DNA from: Dehalococcoidia bacterium
GTDB taxonomy: Bacteria > Chloroflexota > Dehalococcoidia > Bin125
Length of the DNA stretch: 64,000 nt
Assembly: GCA_965221065.1 (NCBI GenBank)
Contig: OZ244861.1
Coordinates: 2,952,280-3,016,279 of the forward strand
Reading direction: 5' to 3'
A model generated the notes under the pieces. That model made no database searches. It saw nothing but the letters and a program-made list of their open reading frames with translations, and was not told where the DNA came from. How positions within the stretch are numbered: the first letter of the stretch is position 1; each line of letters starts with the position of its first letter. The position numbers were made by a program, and so were the translations under genes. Of the stretch, positions 55,045-64,000 are shown in pieces.

Positions 55045-56559
55045 TCAGTCGCCTCCGCTGCCTGCTCCGCCGCTAGCGGCCGAGCCGACTGCCGGCAGCT
55101 CCTCGCCCGCCGAGACCTCCACGGCCACGCCAGGTGCGACCGTCGGGAACTCGGGGTAGGCGCCGATGCCGTGCTCTTGCACGTCGAGTCCGGCCAGTTC
55201 CTCGTTCTCCGGGACTCGGAGACCGATGGTGTTCTTGATGACGAAGAACAGGATCCCGGCGGTCACGGTGACCCAACCGAGAATGGCGAGCACGCCGATC
55301 AGCTGCTCGAGCAGGGCGCGGAAGCCGCCGCCCATGAACAGACCGTGGCCGGGAGCGCCCCAGGCCTCGGCCGCGCCGGCGGTCGCGAACAGGCCGACCG
55401 CCATCGTGCCCCAGACGCCGCACGTGCCGTGCACGGAGATCGCACCAACCGGGTCGTCAACCTTCACCTTGTCGAAGAACTCGACCGAGAAGACGACGAG
55501 CGCGCCGCCGATGGAGCCGATGATCAGGGCGGCCCAGGGCTCCACGAAGCCGCAACCGGCGGTGATCGAAACCAGTCCGGCCAGCGCCCCGTTGAGCGTC
55601 AGACCGAGGTCGGCCTTGCCGTAGCGGAACTTCGCGACCGTCACGGCGACAATGGCGCCCGCGCCGGCGGAAAGTGTGGTGTTGATGGCGATCCAGGCGG
55701 CCTCAGTCGCCAGTCCACCCGAGAGTCCAAGGGTCGATCCCGGGTTGAATCCGTACCAACCGAACCAGAGGATGAACATGCCCAGTGTGGCCAGCGTCAT
55801 GTTGTGGCCGGGGATGGCGCGGATTTCAGAGCCGACGTACTTGCCAATCCGAGGGCCAACCAGGATGGCGCCCATCAGTCCGGCCCACGCGCCGACCGAG
55901 TGAACCAGCGTCGAACCCGCGTAGTCCATGAAGCCGCGGTCGCCGAGCCAGCCGCCGCCCCAGCCCCAGTGAATCACGATCGGGTAGATGATCCCGGTAA
56001 CGAACACCGTGTAGAACAGGTAGGCCGAGAACTTGGTCCGCTCGGCCAGCGCGCCGGAGACGATCGTCGCGGCGGTTGCGGCAAAGGCCCACTGGAAGAA
56101 GAAGACGGCCGCCTCGGAGACGCCGTCGGTCTCGGTCAGCCCGCCCAGTGCCGGGAAGAACGAGTCGCCGCCGATGAATCCGCCCTGCGAGCCGCCGAAG
56201 GCGAAGCCGAAGCCGACCGCCCACCAGACGACCGCGCCGAGCGAGGCGTCGAGCACGTTCTTCATTAGGATGTTTGCCGTGTTCTTGACACGCACGAACC
56301 CCGCCTCGAGCAGTCCGAAGCCGGCCTGCATGAAGAACACGAGGATGCCGGCGATCACGAACCAGATCGTGTCGACGGCCAGGATGATGTCGGCCAGCGC
56401 GGCGGCGTTCTCTTCAACGCTCTGGCCATACGCAATGCCGAAGGTGGCCAACAGGCCGGTGAGGATACCGAGGAACAACCCCAGTCCAGGTTTGCGGACC
56501 GCGCCAAATGAGAGCGACGGGGTCCTGACGTTACCGGCTAACGTGCGGGCTATTGTCAC
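55045..56559 (-). CDS. amtB: Ammonium transporter
   Basis: FFMQAGF, DYAGSTLVH, WFGWYGFN, DDPVGAISVHG. GTG start after GGGAGG. Confidence 0.95.
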   Translation of the reverse strand: MTIARTLAGNVRTPSLSFGAVRKPGLGLFLGILTGLLATFGIAYGQSVEENAAALADIILAVDTIWFVIAGILVFFMQAGFGLLEAGFVRVKNTANILMKNVLDASLGAVVWWAVGFGFAFGGSQGGFIGGDSFFPALGGLTETDGVSEAAVFFFQWAFAATAATIVSGALAERTKFSAYLFYTVFVTGIIYPIVIHWGWGGGWLGDRGFMDYAGSTLVHSVGAWAGLMGAILVGPRIGKYVGSEIRAIPGHNMTLATLGMFILWFGWYGFNPGSTLGLSGGLATEAAWIAINTTLSAGAGAIVAVTVAKFRYGKADLGLTLNGALAGLVSITAGCGFVEPWAALIIGSIGGALVVFSVEFFDKVKVDDPVGAISVHGTCGVWGTMAVGLFATAGAAEAWGAPGHGLFMGGGFRALLEQLIGVLAILGWVTVTAGILFFVIKNTIGLRVPENEELAGLDVQEHGIGAYPEFPTVAPGVAVEVSAGEELPAVGSAASGGAGSGGD

Positions 56560-56620
56560 AGAAGCCTCCCTTCCCGAGTTCCGGTATGGACGCAACCTAT
56601 GGAAGCTCCGACTTGCGGCG

Positions 56621-56700
56621 GTTTCACCTGAGTTGCGGTCAGATGTCGGTTCCGTTGCGCGTACGTTTCAGGCGTGTGCCGGTTGTTTCGCTGGTGTTTC
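56621..56700 (-). promoter_or_regulatory. 11-bp-phased GAAAC/GCAAC array upstream of amtB (GlnR-box-like)
   Basis: Plus-strand gtttc/gttgc at 56621, 56632, 56654, 56665, 56685, 56696. Confidence 0.6.
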
Positions 56701-56715
56701 GGCTAGCATCCGCAC

Positions 56716-57126
56716 ATGGGACCGCGACTGATCAAGGCACTCACCCGCTTTCAGCAACCGATCTTCACGCTCATGCGTGGGCGCTACCAGGGCCCGCCAA
56801 CCCTTCGTCTGTGGACGACCGGACGCAAGACCGGCCGCGAGCGTTCAGTCCTGCTGCTCTATCTCGATGACGGGCCCCGGGTCATCGTGGTCGCCTCCTT
56901 CGGCGGACACTCCGAACATCCTGAGTGGTGGAAGAACCTGATTACCGAGCCGGCGTGTCGAATCTGGTCGGCGAATCGCGGTTCCGAGGAGATGGTGGCC
57001 TCGGAACTGAAGGGCGAAGAGCGCGAAGAGGTGTGGCAGCGACTGCTCTCGATGTACTCGCCGTACGCCGCCTACCAGGAGAAGACCACGCGTCGGATTC
57101 CGCTGATCGCCCTCACGCCACGATGA
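56716..57126 (+). CDS. F420-dependent nitroreductase (Ddn family)
   Basis: TTGRKTG, VASFGG...PEWWKNL, YQEKTTRRIP. Confidence 0.9.
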   Translation: MGPRLIKALTRFQQPIFTLMRGRYQGPPTLRLWTTGRKTGRERSVLLLYLDDGPRVIVVASFGGHSEHPEWWKNLITEPACRIWSANRGSEEMVASELKGEEREEVWQRLLSMYSPYAAYQEKTTRRIPLIALTPR

Positions 57127-57151
57127 CGCCGCGCTAACAACACCGGAGTTG

Positions 57152-57568
57152 ATGATGAACCGTCGAGTGATGGTCGCGGCGATGCGAATACAAGACCTGC
57201 TGTTCTCGCTCACGGGCGGGCGAGGCATGGGCATGCCCTTGCTCAGACTGACCACGACAGGCCGCAGCAGTGGACAACCGCGTTCGGTCCTCCTGCTCTA
57301 CCTCGACCACGAGAGTGGGCCGGTCGTGATCGCATCGGCCGCCGGGGCCGACGCTGATCCGCAATGGTGGAAGAACCTGCAGGCCAATCCGTCTGCAACA
57401 GTGCGCAGCGCCGAGCACGGTACGATCGCGGTGACCGCCAGCGAGCTCGACGGCGACGATCGTGAGCAAGCTTGGCAACAGCTGGTCTCTGAGCGTCCTG
57501 TGTACGCTCGCTACCAGGAGCAGACAGAGCGACGCATCGCCCTCGTGACCCTGTCGCCATCCGAATGA
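57152..57568 (+). CDS. F420-dependent nitroreductase (Ddn family), tandem paralogue
   Basis: TTTGRSSG, IASAAG...PQWWKNL, YQEQTERRI. Confidence 0.88.
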   Translation: MMNRRVMVAAMRIQDLLFSLTGGRGMGMPLLRLTTTGRSSGQPRSVLLLYLDHESGPVVIASAAGADADPQWWKNLQANPSATVRSAEHGTIAVTASELDGDDREQAWQQLVSERPVYARYQEQTERRIALVTLSPSE

Positions 57569-57625
57569 CGCCTGCTGATACGCTTGTCATAACGTCTGGC
57601 AGGAACCGCGCGAGTCGCGCATAGT

Positions 57626-59176
57626 GTGGTGGACCGATTGAGTTTCATTCAGCGTTTGCTAGGTAAGTCGGGCGCCACGCAGAGCGCCGAACCCTCTGGA
57701 CCAGCATCCCCGCCTCAAGCTCCCGAGTCCCGGGCAAGTTCCGCCAATGGCGCTGCGCCGCCCGATGCACGTCCCCGACGCCGGCGCCGCAAACGCAAAC
57801 CCCGCGCAGCTACTGCCGCGCAAACCCCAAGCGCAGCGAGGCCTGCTGGCGCGTCGGCGCCGACTGCAACGACGCAGCAACCCGATTCCCATGCGCCACC
57901 GACATCCAGGCGCCGTCGCCGCAGTCGGCGCAAGCGCACCGCCGGAGGCAGCGGCCCGCCGGCCCCGCAGACTGCCACTCAGAAAGCGCTGCTCTCCGGC
58001 GGCTACAAACTCCCGGCGCTGAATGAACTCGACCAAGTCTCATCGCAGGACTGGCCGGCGGCCTTCTCGGCGTTGGGCCTCTCGGATCGGATGCTCTCCG
58101 CATTGACCGCGCTCAGGTTCGAGGAGCCGACGCCGATCCAGGAGCAATCCATCCCTCTGCTCATGAATGGCCGCGACGTAGTCGGACAGGCGCAGACCGG
58201 CACCGGCAAGACCGTCGCGTTCGGACTGCCGGCCGTCGAGGTCTGCGATCCCGATCTCGGTGAATGCCAGGCAATCGTCCTCACTCCGACTCGTGAGTTG
58301 GCCCAACAGGTTGGGTCTGTGCTCGACTTCTTTGCCCGGGCCGCCGGACTCGAGGCGACGGTGCTGATGGGCGGACGCCGGTTATCGGACGACTTCGCCA
58401 ACCTCGAGCGCCGCCCCCAGATCGTCGTCGGCACGCCGGGTCGGGTCATCGATCACCTCGAGCGACGCACCCTCCGCCTCAACCGCGTGCGCATGGCCGT
58501 ACTCGATGAGGCCGACCGGATGCTCGACATCGGCTTCTACCCCGACATGCGCCGAATCCTGCGTCGCAGCCCGGACGACCGACAGACAGCGCTCTTCTCA
58601 GCCACCATCCCAACCCCAATCAAGTCCCTCATCCACCAATTCATGCACGAACCGGAGCACGTCCACATCGCCCCGGAAGTCGCCACCGCCGAGGGCATCT
58701 ACCAGCGCTACTACGAGGTCGCCGACCGCGACAAGATCCGCGCGGTCGAGGAGCTCCTGCCTGAGTTGTCGGGCCGGACGCTCGTGTTCTGCAACATGAA
58801 GGTGACCGTCGATCGGCTGGTCAGCCGTCTGCTCGACCGAGGACTCAACGCCGACGCGATTCACGGTGATCGCGACCAGCGCAAGCGTGATCGCGTCATG
58901 GGTCAGTTCCGCTCAGGCGACCTGCAGTTTCTGATCGCCACAGATGTCGCCGCGCGCGGACTCGACATCCCCGACGTGCAGCACGTCGTCAATTTCGACC
59001 TCCCTCAGACGGCCGAGGACTACGTCCACCGGGTCGGCCGAACCGGCCGCGCCGGAGCCGAAGGCTCCGCGATCTCCTTCGTCGGAGAATGGGACTTCGA
59101 TCAACTCGAGAAGATCCTCAAGCTCGTCGGAGAAGACCTCCAACGCGGCGAACTGGAACTCTACTCATCGCAATAG
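57626..59176 (+). CDS. DEAD-box RNA helicase with basic disordered N-terminal extension
   Basis: PTPIQ, AQTGTGKT, PTRELA, TPGR, DEAD, SAT, ARGLD, HRVGRTGR. Start uncertain. Confidence 0.93.
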   Translation: MVDRLSFIQRLLGKSGATQSAEPSGPASPPQAPESRASSANGAAPPDARPRRRRRKRKPRAATAAQTPSAARPAGASAPTATTQQPDSHAPPTSRRRRRSRRKRTAGGSGPPAPQTATQKALLSGGYKLPALNELDQVSSQDWPAAFSALGLSDRMLSALTALRFEEPTPIQEQSIPLLMNGRDVVGQAQTGTGKTVAFGLPAVEVCDPDLGECQAIVLTPTRELAQQVGSVLDFFARAAGLEATVLMGGRRLSDDFANLERRPQIVVGTPGRVIDHLERRTLRLNRVRMAVLDEADRMLDIGFYPDMRRILRRSPDDRQTALFSATIPTPIKSLIHQFMHEPEHVHIAPEVATAEGIYQRYYEVADRDKIRAVEELLPELSGRTLVFCNMKVTVDRLVSRLLDRGLNADAIHGDRDQRKRDRVMGQFRSGDLQFLIATDVAARGLDIPDVQHVVNFDLPQTAEDYVHRVGRTGRAGAEGSAISFVGEWDFDQLEKILKLVGEDLQRGELELYSSQ

Positions 59177-59188
59177 AAGAGCTCCTAT

Positions 59189-59223
59189 CCCCTCTCCCCG
59201 AGGGAGAGGGCTAGGGTGAGGGC
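59189..59223 (+). repeat. REP-like element, type B
   Basis: cccctctccccgagggagagggctagggtgagggc between convergent genes. Confidence 0.7.
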
Positions 59224-59237
59224 CCGCTCTCACCCGG

Positions 59238-60056
59238 CTAGCGAATCTGCCACCCCGAGTGTTGCCACATCCGGCGAGCCTCCCCGTGGATCTCCGAGCG
59301 GGCCGCAATCAGCCCCTTGACCGACGGCTCCACTTGATTGAACTGCAACGCCTTCCCTTCGATATCGGTCACGGTCGCGCCCGCTGCCGCAAGCAGCGCC
59401 GCGCCGGCGGCCAGATCCCACTCGCTCCGCCGACCCGGCGTAAAGACCAGGCAGCCCTTGCCCGTCGCCAGCAGCGCCATCCGGTAGGCGATCGAGCCCA
59501 CCGGCATCACCTTCGTCCCGTCGGGAACCGGCGGCAGGTCGCCGTAGTGCCACTCGCCACGTCCGACCAGCATGTAGCTCTCCGAAAGCGACGCAGCATC
59601 CTCAAGACCGAAGCGTTCCTCGTCCGAGTCGACCGTCGCCGCGTACATCTCGTCCGCGTCGGGGTTGTAGACCACGCCGAGCACGGCCTCGCCGTTGTAG
59701 GCCAGAGCGATGGAAACCGAGTATTCAGGCACGCCCTGCAGAAACTCGCGGGTCCCGTCTAGCGGGTCGACAATCCAGACACGCCGATGCAGCAACCGCT
59801 CGCGGTCGTCGTGCGCTTCCTCCGACAGCCAGGCATCGTCGGGGAACGCCCCGAGCAGCGTCTCGCGCAGCGCGCTATCGACCTCGACATCGGCTTCCGA
59901 GACCACCTCGTAGCCGAATCCCCGACCGCTCCAGTGTTGGCGATCGTTGCTCTGCTTCCAGCCGTAGCGCGCGCCCGACTCCTGGTAGCGCCGCAGGATC
60001 TCGCCACCGCGACGGGCAGCCTCCTGGGCGGCTTCGAGTTCGGCACGGAAGTCCAT
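59238..60056 (-). CDS. Inositol monophosphatase / CysQ family protein
   Basis: LSEE, WIVDPLDGTREF, EWDLAAG. Start ATG 60056. Confidence 0.9.
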   Translation of the reverse strand: MDFRAELEAAQEAARRGGEILRRYQESGARYGWKQSNDRQHWSGRGFGYEVVSEADVEVDSALRETLLGAFPDDAWLSEEAHDDRERLLHRRVWIVDPLDGTREFLQGVPEYSVSIALAYNGEAVLGVVYNPDADEMYAATVDSDEERFGLEDAASLSESYMLVGRGEWHYGDLPPVPDGTKVMPVGSIAYRMALLATGKGCLVFTPGRRSEWDLAAGAALLAAAGATVTDIEGKALQFNQVEPSVKGLIAARSEIHGEARRMWQHSGWQIR

Positions 60057-60071
60057 ACGCGAGCGTTCGTT

Positions 60072-60104
60072 CCCTCTCGCTATGGGAATGGGTCGGGGTG
60101 AGGG
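60072..60104 (+). repeat. REP-like element, type B (degenerate)
   Basis: ccctctcgctatgggaatgggtcggggtgaggg. Confidence 0.5.
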
Positions 60105-60111
60105 TTCGCCG

Positions 60112-61080
60112 CTAGAAGCCCGCCTGCTTGTCGACCTCGCCGACGAGTTCTCGATTGCCTCGATAGCGGCGCAGGTTTTCGCAGAACCGCTCAAGGTTGC
60201 GGCCTGCTCGGAGCTGCGACGCGCCCGCCGTGTGCGGCGTCATCACGATGTTCTCGATCTCGAACACGCGATGATCCGTCGGCAGCGGCTCGCCCTCCAC
60301 GACATCGAGCGCCGCTCCGCGCAGGTGGCCAGACTCGACCGCGTCGATCAGCGCCTCGAGTTCGATGATCTCGCCGCGCGTCACATTCACAATCACGGAG
60401 CCAGGCTTCATCTTGGCGAACGTCTCAGCGTTGAACAGGTGCCGGGTCTCGGCCGTCAGCGGCGTGCACACGGCGACGACGTCGGACTTCTCCAACAGCG
60501 TGTCGAGCTGGTTCATGTGTCCCACTACTGGAACGATCGGCGTGCCGCGCACCGCGACCGCATCCACGGCGCGGACGTTCATCCCGAACCCATTCGCGCG
60601 CTCAGAAATGGCGCGTCCGGTGCCCCCGAAACCGACAATCCCCATGGTCAGGCCTGAGAGCTCGAACGCGGCCCGTCGCATCGGCACGCGGCCGCCCCAG
60701 GCCTCGCCCTTGAGCGTCATCGCCGGCTTCAGCGAGCGCGCCAAGGCCAGCAACAGCGCGAACGCATGATCCGCAAGGTGCGGACCGACAAGGCCCTTCT
60801 CGCCGGTCAGCTGGATGTCGGCGTTCTTGAAGTCGTCGAACAGGTAACCGTCGACCCCGGACGCCGTCGCATGGACCCACTTGAGCTCCTTCGCCTCCGC
60901 GAACAGCTCAGGCGTGAGATAGCCGAGCAGCACCTCCGCGTCGGCGATCATCTCCATCGCGTCCTCGCGATTGTTCGCGACCACCACATCGGCGTCCGGA
61001 CCGGCGGCGGCGCGGATCGTCTCCAGTTGCGCCTCGCTGACCTTGGGCAGCGTCAGTCCGGGCATCACGAGTACGCGCAT
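60112..61080 (-). CDS. D-2-hydroxyacid dehydrogenase
   Basis: GFGGTG, PLTAET, NVTRG, ALDV...EPL, TPHTAG. Start ATG 61080. Confidence 0.92.
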   Translation of the reverse strand: MRVLVMPGLTLPKVSEAQLETIRAAAGPDADVVVANNREDAMEMIADAEVLLGYLTPELFAEAKELKWVHATASGVDGYLFDDFKNADIQLTGEKGLVGPHLADHAFALLLALARSLKPAMTLKGEAWGGRVPMRRAAFELSGLTMGIVGFGGTGRAISERANGFGMNVRAVDAVAVRGTPIVPVVGHMNQLDTLLEKSDVVAVCTPLTAETRHLFNAETFAKMKPGSVIVNVTRGEIIELEALIDAVESGHLRGAALDVVEGEPLPTDHRVFEIENIVMTPHTAGASQLRAGRNLERFCENLRRYRGNRELVGEVDKQAGF

Positions 61081-61233
61081 AATGGTCTTCGCTCCAGTGT
61101 TTGGTCGGGGCGCGCCGTGTGCGCGCCTTGGGTGCGCTGGGTCGGCGCCAGCGGTCAGGGTAACACCGGCGGCCATCCTGCAAGTCCCACGTAGACTGGC
61201 TCCCGAGTCCGATTTCGCAGATGAGGAGCAAGT

Positions 61234-62166
61234 ATGGCTGATGTGCAGTTCGGGGCGCAGGTTTCGGCGTATCTGACCTCCTGGGACCAAATTCGCGCCG
61301 TCGCGCAGACCATGGATGCGGGCCGCTACGACTCGATCTGGTTCGCCGACCATTTCGTTCCACCCAATCGCGGCAAAGAAGTCGAGGGGCGCGAGGCCTT
61401 CGAGGCCTTTTCGCTCGCGGCCGCGGTCGCCGTAGCGACCGAGACCCTGCGCATCGGTCACCTGGTGCTCGGCAACACATACCGAAATCCGGGACTGGTC
61501 GCAAAGATCGCCGGCTCGGTCGACAACATCTCCCACGGTCGCTTCACGCTCGGCATCGGAGCCTCCTGGTTCGTGCGCGAGCATCAGGCCTACGGCTGGG
61601 ACTTTCCGCCAATGAAGGAGCGTCAGGACCGCTTCGAGGAAGCGTGCAAGATGTTGCGCAGTATCATCCACAGCGACGGCGCCAACATCACATTCGATGG
61701 GCAATACTATTCGCTCGACGACGCACCGCTATCGCCCGGGAGCTACAGCAGTCCAATCCCGATCCTCGTCGGTGGAACCGGGCCGAAGCGAACGTTAAGA
61801 ACGCTCGCGTTATACGGTGACATCATGAACCTCGACGGCTGGGCCGGCCGCGGCATGTCGGTCGAGCTACTGAAGGAGAAAGTTGACATTCTGCACGCAC
61901 ATTGCGGAGACATCGGCCGGGACCCGGCCGAAATCAAGATCACAGCGCTCATGCCCTGTTTGTTGACCGACGACGAGGCAGCCGCCAAGGAGTGGGAAGA
62001 GCGTATCGGTCCCGGCACGCTAAACGGCACAGCCGACAAGATCGTGCAGCGTATCGGAGAGTTCCTCGACTTCGGTATCGACGAGATCATGTTCGGCCGT
62101 CGAGGAGATAACGATCCCGAGTACTTCCAACGGTTGGATGATCAAGTGATTGCACAGTTCCGGTAG
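61234..62166 (+). CDS. LLM-class (probably F420-dependent) oxidoreductase
   Basis: WFADHF, LVLGNTYRNP, SHGRFTLGIGA, ILVGG. Confidence 0.9.
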   Translation: MADVQFGAQVSAYLTSWDQIRAVAQTMDAGRYDSIWFADHFVPPNRGKEVEGREAFEAFSLAAAVAVATETLRIGHLVLGNTYRNPGLVAKIAGSVDNISHGRFTLGIGASWFVREHQAYGWDFPPMKERQDRFEEACKMLRSIIHSDGANITFDGQYYSLDDAPLSPGSYSSPIPILVGGTGPKRTLRTLALYGDIMNLDGWAGRGMSVELLKEKVDILHAHCGDIGRDPAEIKITALMPCLLTDDEAAAKEWEERIGPGTLNGTADKIVQRIGEFLDFGIDEIMFGRRGDNDPEYFQRLDDQVIAQFR

Positions 62167-62217
62167 GTAACAACAGTAGTAGTAACCTCATCGGAGCTGG
62201 AAGTAGAGGAGAGAGGT

Positions 62218-63219
62218 ATGAAATTCCGACGTATGGGACGCACCGGCCTGCGGGTATCGGAGATCTGTCTCGGCACCATGACGTTCGGCTTCCAGACTGA
62301 GGCCGATGAGGCATTCCGAATCATGGACGCCGCCTTCGATGGCGGGGTCAACTTCATCGATACCGCGGACGTCTATCCCCTCGGTTCCGACGATGTCGGT
62401 ACCACCGAATCGGTTGTCGGCCGTTGGCTCGCCGGACGACCGCGCGACCAGGTGGTGCTGGCCACCAAGTGCGTCGGCGCGATGGGCCCTTCGCCGAACC
62501 AGCGAGGCGCCTCCCGGCAACACATCCTCTCAGCGGTAGACGAATCGCTGCGCCGTCTCGGCACCGACTACATCGACCTCTATCAACTGCATTCACCCGA
62601 CTGGTCGGTGCCGATCGAGGAGACGATGCAGGCGCTCGACGACCTCGTACGTTGGGGCAAGGTGCGCTACGTCGGCTCGTCGAACTATCGAGCCTGGCAG
62701 CTCGCGCTGGCGCTGGGCGCCTCCGACCAAGCCGGAATCACGCGCTTCGACTGCGACCAACCGCGCTACAACATCCTCTGGCGAGACATCGAGTCCGACC
62801 TGCTGCCCCTCTGCCGCGACCAGGGCGTCGGAATCATCGCCTACAACCCACTCGCCGGAGGCTTCCTGACCGGCAAGTACCGCAACACCGAGGACCTGCG
62901 CGAGGACACCAGATTCACGTTGGGCAACGCCGGCCCACGCTATCGAGCCCGCTACTGGCACAAAGTCCAGTTCGAACAGGTCGCCCGCCTGCAAACCTAC
63001 TTCGCCGACCGAGACATCAGCATCACCCACGCCGCCATCGCCTGGGTCCTCGCCCAGGACGGAATCACCTCCGCCATCGTCGGAGCGTCGAGAGCCTCCC
63101 AGATCGAAGACTCCCTCAAATACGCAGAGATCGCCCTCACCCAGGACGATCTCGACTTCTGCGATCAACCCTGGTACGAAATCCCCCGCCCAACAGGCCC
63201 GGAAGTCGCGATGCGGTAG
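62218..63219 (+). CDS. Aldo/keto reductase
   Basis: LGTMTFG, DTADVY, ATK, DYIDLYQLH, GKVRYVGSSN, PLAGG. Confidence 0.93.
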   Translation: MKFRRMGRTGLRVSEICLGTMTFGFQTEADEAFRIMDAAFDGGVNFIDTADVYPLGSDDVGTTESVVGRWLAGRPRDQVVLATKCVGAMGPSPNQRGASRQHILSAVDESLRRLGTDYIDLYQLHSPDWSVPIEETMQALDDLVRWGKVRYVGSSNYRAWQLALALGASDQAGITRFDCDQPRYNILWRDIESDLLPLCRDQGVGIIAYNPLAGGFLTGKYRNTEDLREDTRFTLGNAGPRYRARYWHKVQFEQVARLQTYFADRDISITHAAIAWVLAQDGITSAIVGASRASQIEDSLKYAEIALTQDDLDFCDQPWYEIPRPTGPEVAMR

Positions 63220-63280
63220 GTGCTGTCGGTGCCGCTTCCGCCCCGATGCGACATCTCGCTGAACGGAAGGGCGCGATGAG

Positions 63281-63320
63281 TTCCCCCTTTGGGGGAGCTG
63301 TCGCGGAGCGACTGAGGGGC
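63281..63320 (+). repeat. REP-like double-hairpin element, type A variant
   Basis: ttccccctttgggggagctgtcgcggagcgactgaggggc. Confidence 0.65.
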
Positions 63321-63339
63321 CCTCCGAGCGACCGGAGCC

Positions 63340-64000
63340 CTACAACCACACCGCCTCATGCGACCCAGGCTTCACCGTCCGACCCCACGTCGGCGTCATG
63401 TCGCTGAACTGGATCGGGAAACTCAGCCGAGTCAGCATCCCGTAGTCCGATTCCACCTCTTCGCTGTACTTGTCGGCTAGTCGATAACCCTCATCAAGGT
63501 CCGCGTCTTCTATCTGGTGAGGCGTCCCCAGCCTCAGGAACCACGCCGCAGTCTGACCCAGCGCGACCCTGACGTGCCAACTGCCTCCCTCGATAGACCG
63601 CCGCCTGAGCGCCTCCAGTGCTCCGTAGGCGCCCCAGTAGCCCGTGCCGTAATCGTTCAGCGCGATCGCCGGCCCGGCGCCCATCATGCTGCTCATGTCC
63701 TTCTGTTGAACGTGGTGTATGCCCGAAGCGGCCTGGACGTTGCCGTCGAAGCCTCGCCGCTCCTGCCAGGGGCCGAACTGTCCGTAGGCATTTTCGGATA
63801 TGTAGATGATCCCGGGCCGACGCTCGGCCAGGGCTTCCGGACTGAGTCCTCGCCGGGCAAGCGACTTGGCGCGATATGACTGGCTGAAGATGTCCGCGCC
63901 GTCAAGCAGATTCCAGAGTGTCTCGCGACCCTCCGCGGTGTCGAAATCGACGTGAGCGCGACGTTTGCCGTGTCCGGTATCGGCCTGCGCCGCCTGCATG
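63340..64000 (-). CDS. Family III CoA-transferase-like protein, C-terminal part (5' end outside the window)
   Basis: GHGKR, ADIFSQSYR, GPWQERRGFD, NDYGTG. Confidence 0.82.
   Translation of the reverse strand, partial: MQAAQADTGHGKRRAHVDFDTAEGRETLWNLLDGADIFSQSYRAKSLARRGLSPEALAERRPGIIYISENAYGQFGPWQERRGFDGNVQAASGIHHVQQKDMSSMMGAGPAIALNDYGTGYWGAYGALEALRRRSIEGGSWHVRVALGQTAAWFLRLGTPHQIEDADLDEGYRLADKYSEEVESDYGMLTRLSFPIQFSDMTPTWGRTVKPGSHEAVWL

Overview
GC-rich bacterial chromosomal window. The gene content (F420-dependent enzymes, family III CoA-transferases, a retropepsin/DUF5678-like pair, many apparently leaderless genes, FN3/Calx-beta surface protein) suggests a Dehalococcoidia/SAR202-like Chloroflexota; this is inference only. 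1-4.9 kb is a defence-like cluster: an AbiV-family gene missed by the ORF track, a HEPN-like protein, decayed genes and a PD-(D/E)XK-like protein. 5.3-14.8 kb encodes a 2444-aa secreted metzincin protease with FN3, Calx-beta and two unrecognised repeat types; each repeat type is shared with one flanking gene. 15.4-18.8 kb holds a His/Glu-rich lipoprotein and an OmpR-type two-component system. 19.3-22.5 kb is a cpATP-grasp/alpha-E/Anbu operon with no transglutaminase. The rest is mostly metabolism: tungsten-type AOR with MoaD, CoA-transferases, an Ltp2-like thiolase fold with DUF35, lutC plus a lutB-lutA fusion, ACAD, MFS-tcuA-like-alkD-like, addAB, amt-glnK, two Ddn-like genes, a DEAD-box helicase, LLM and AKR. 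The strongest hidden signal is a UGSC-motif selenoprotein (in-frame UGA at 41288-41290 followed by a hairpin) that appears co-transcribed with an uncharacterised protein ending in CxxC. No rRNA, tRNA, CRISPR array or transposase was recognised. All family calls come from motif recognition by eye; no searches were run.
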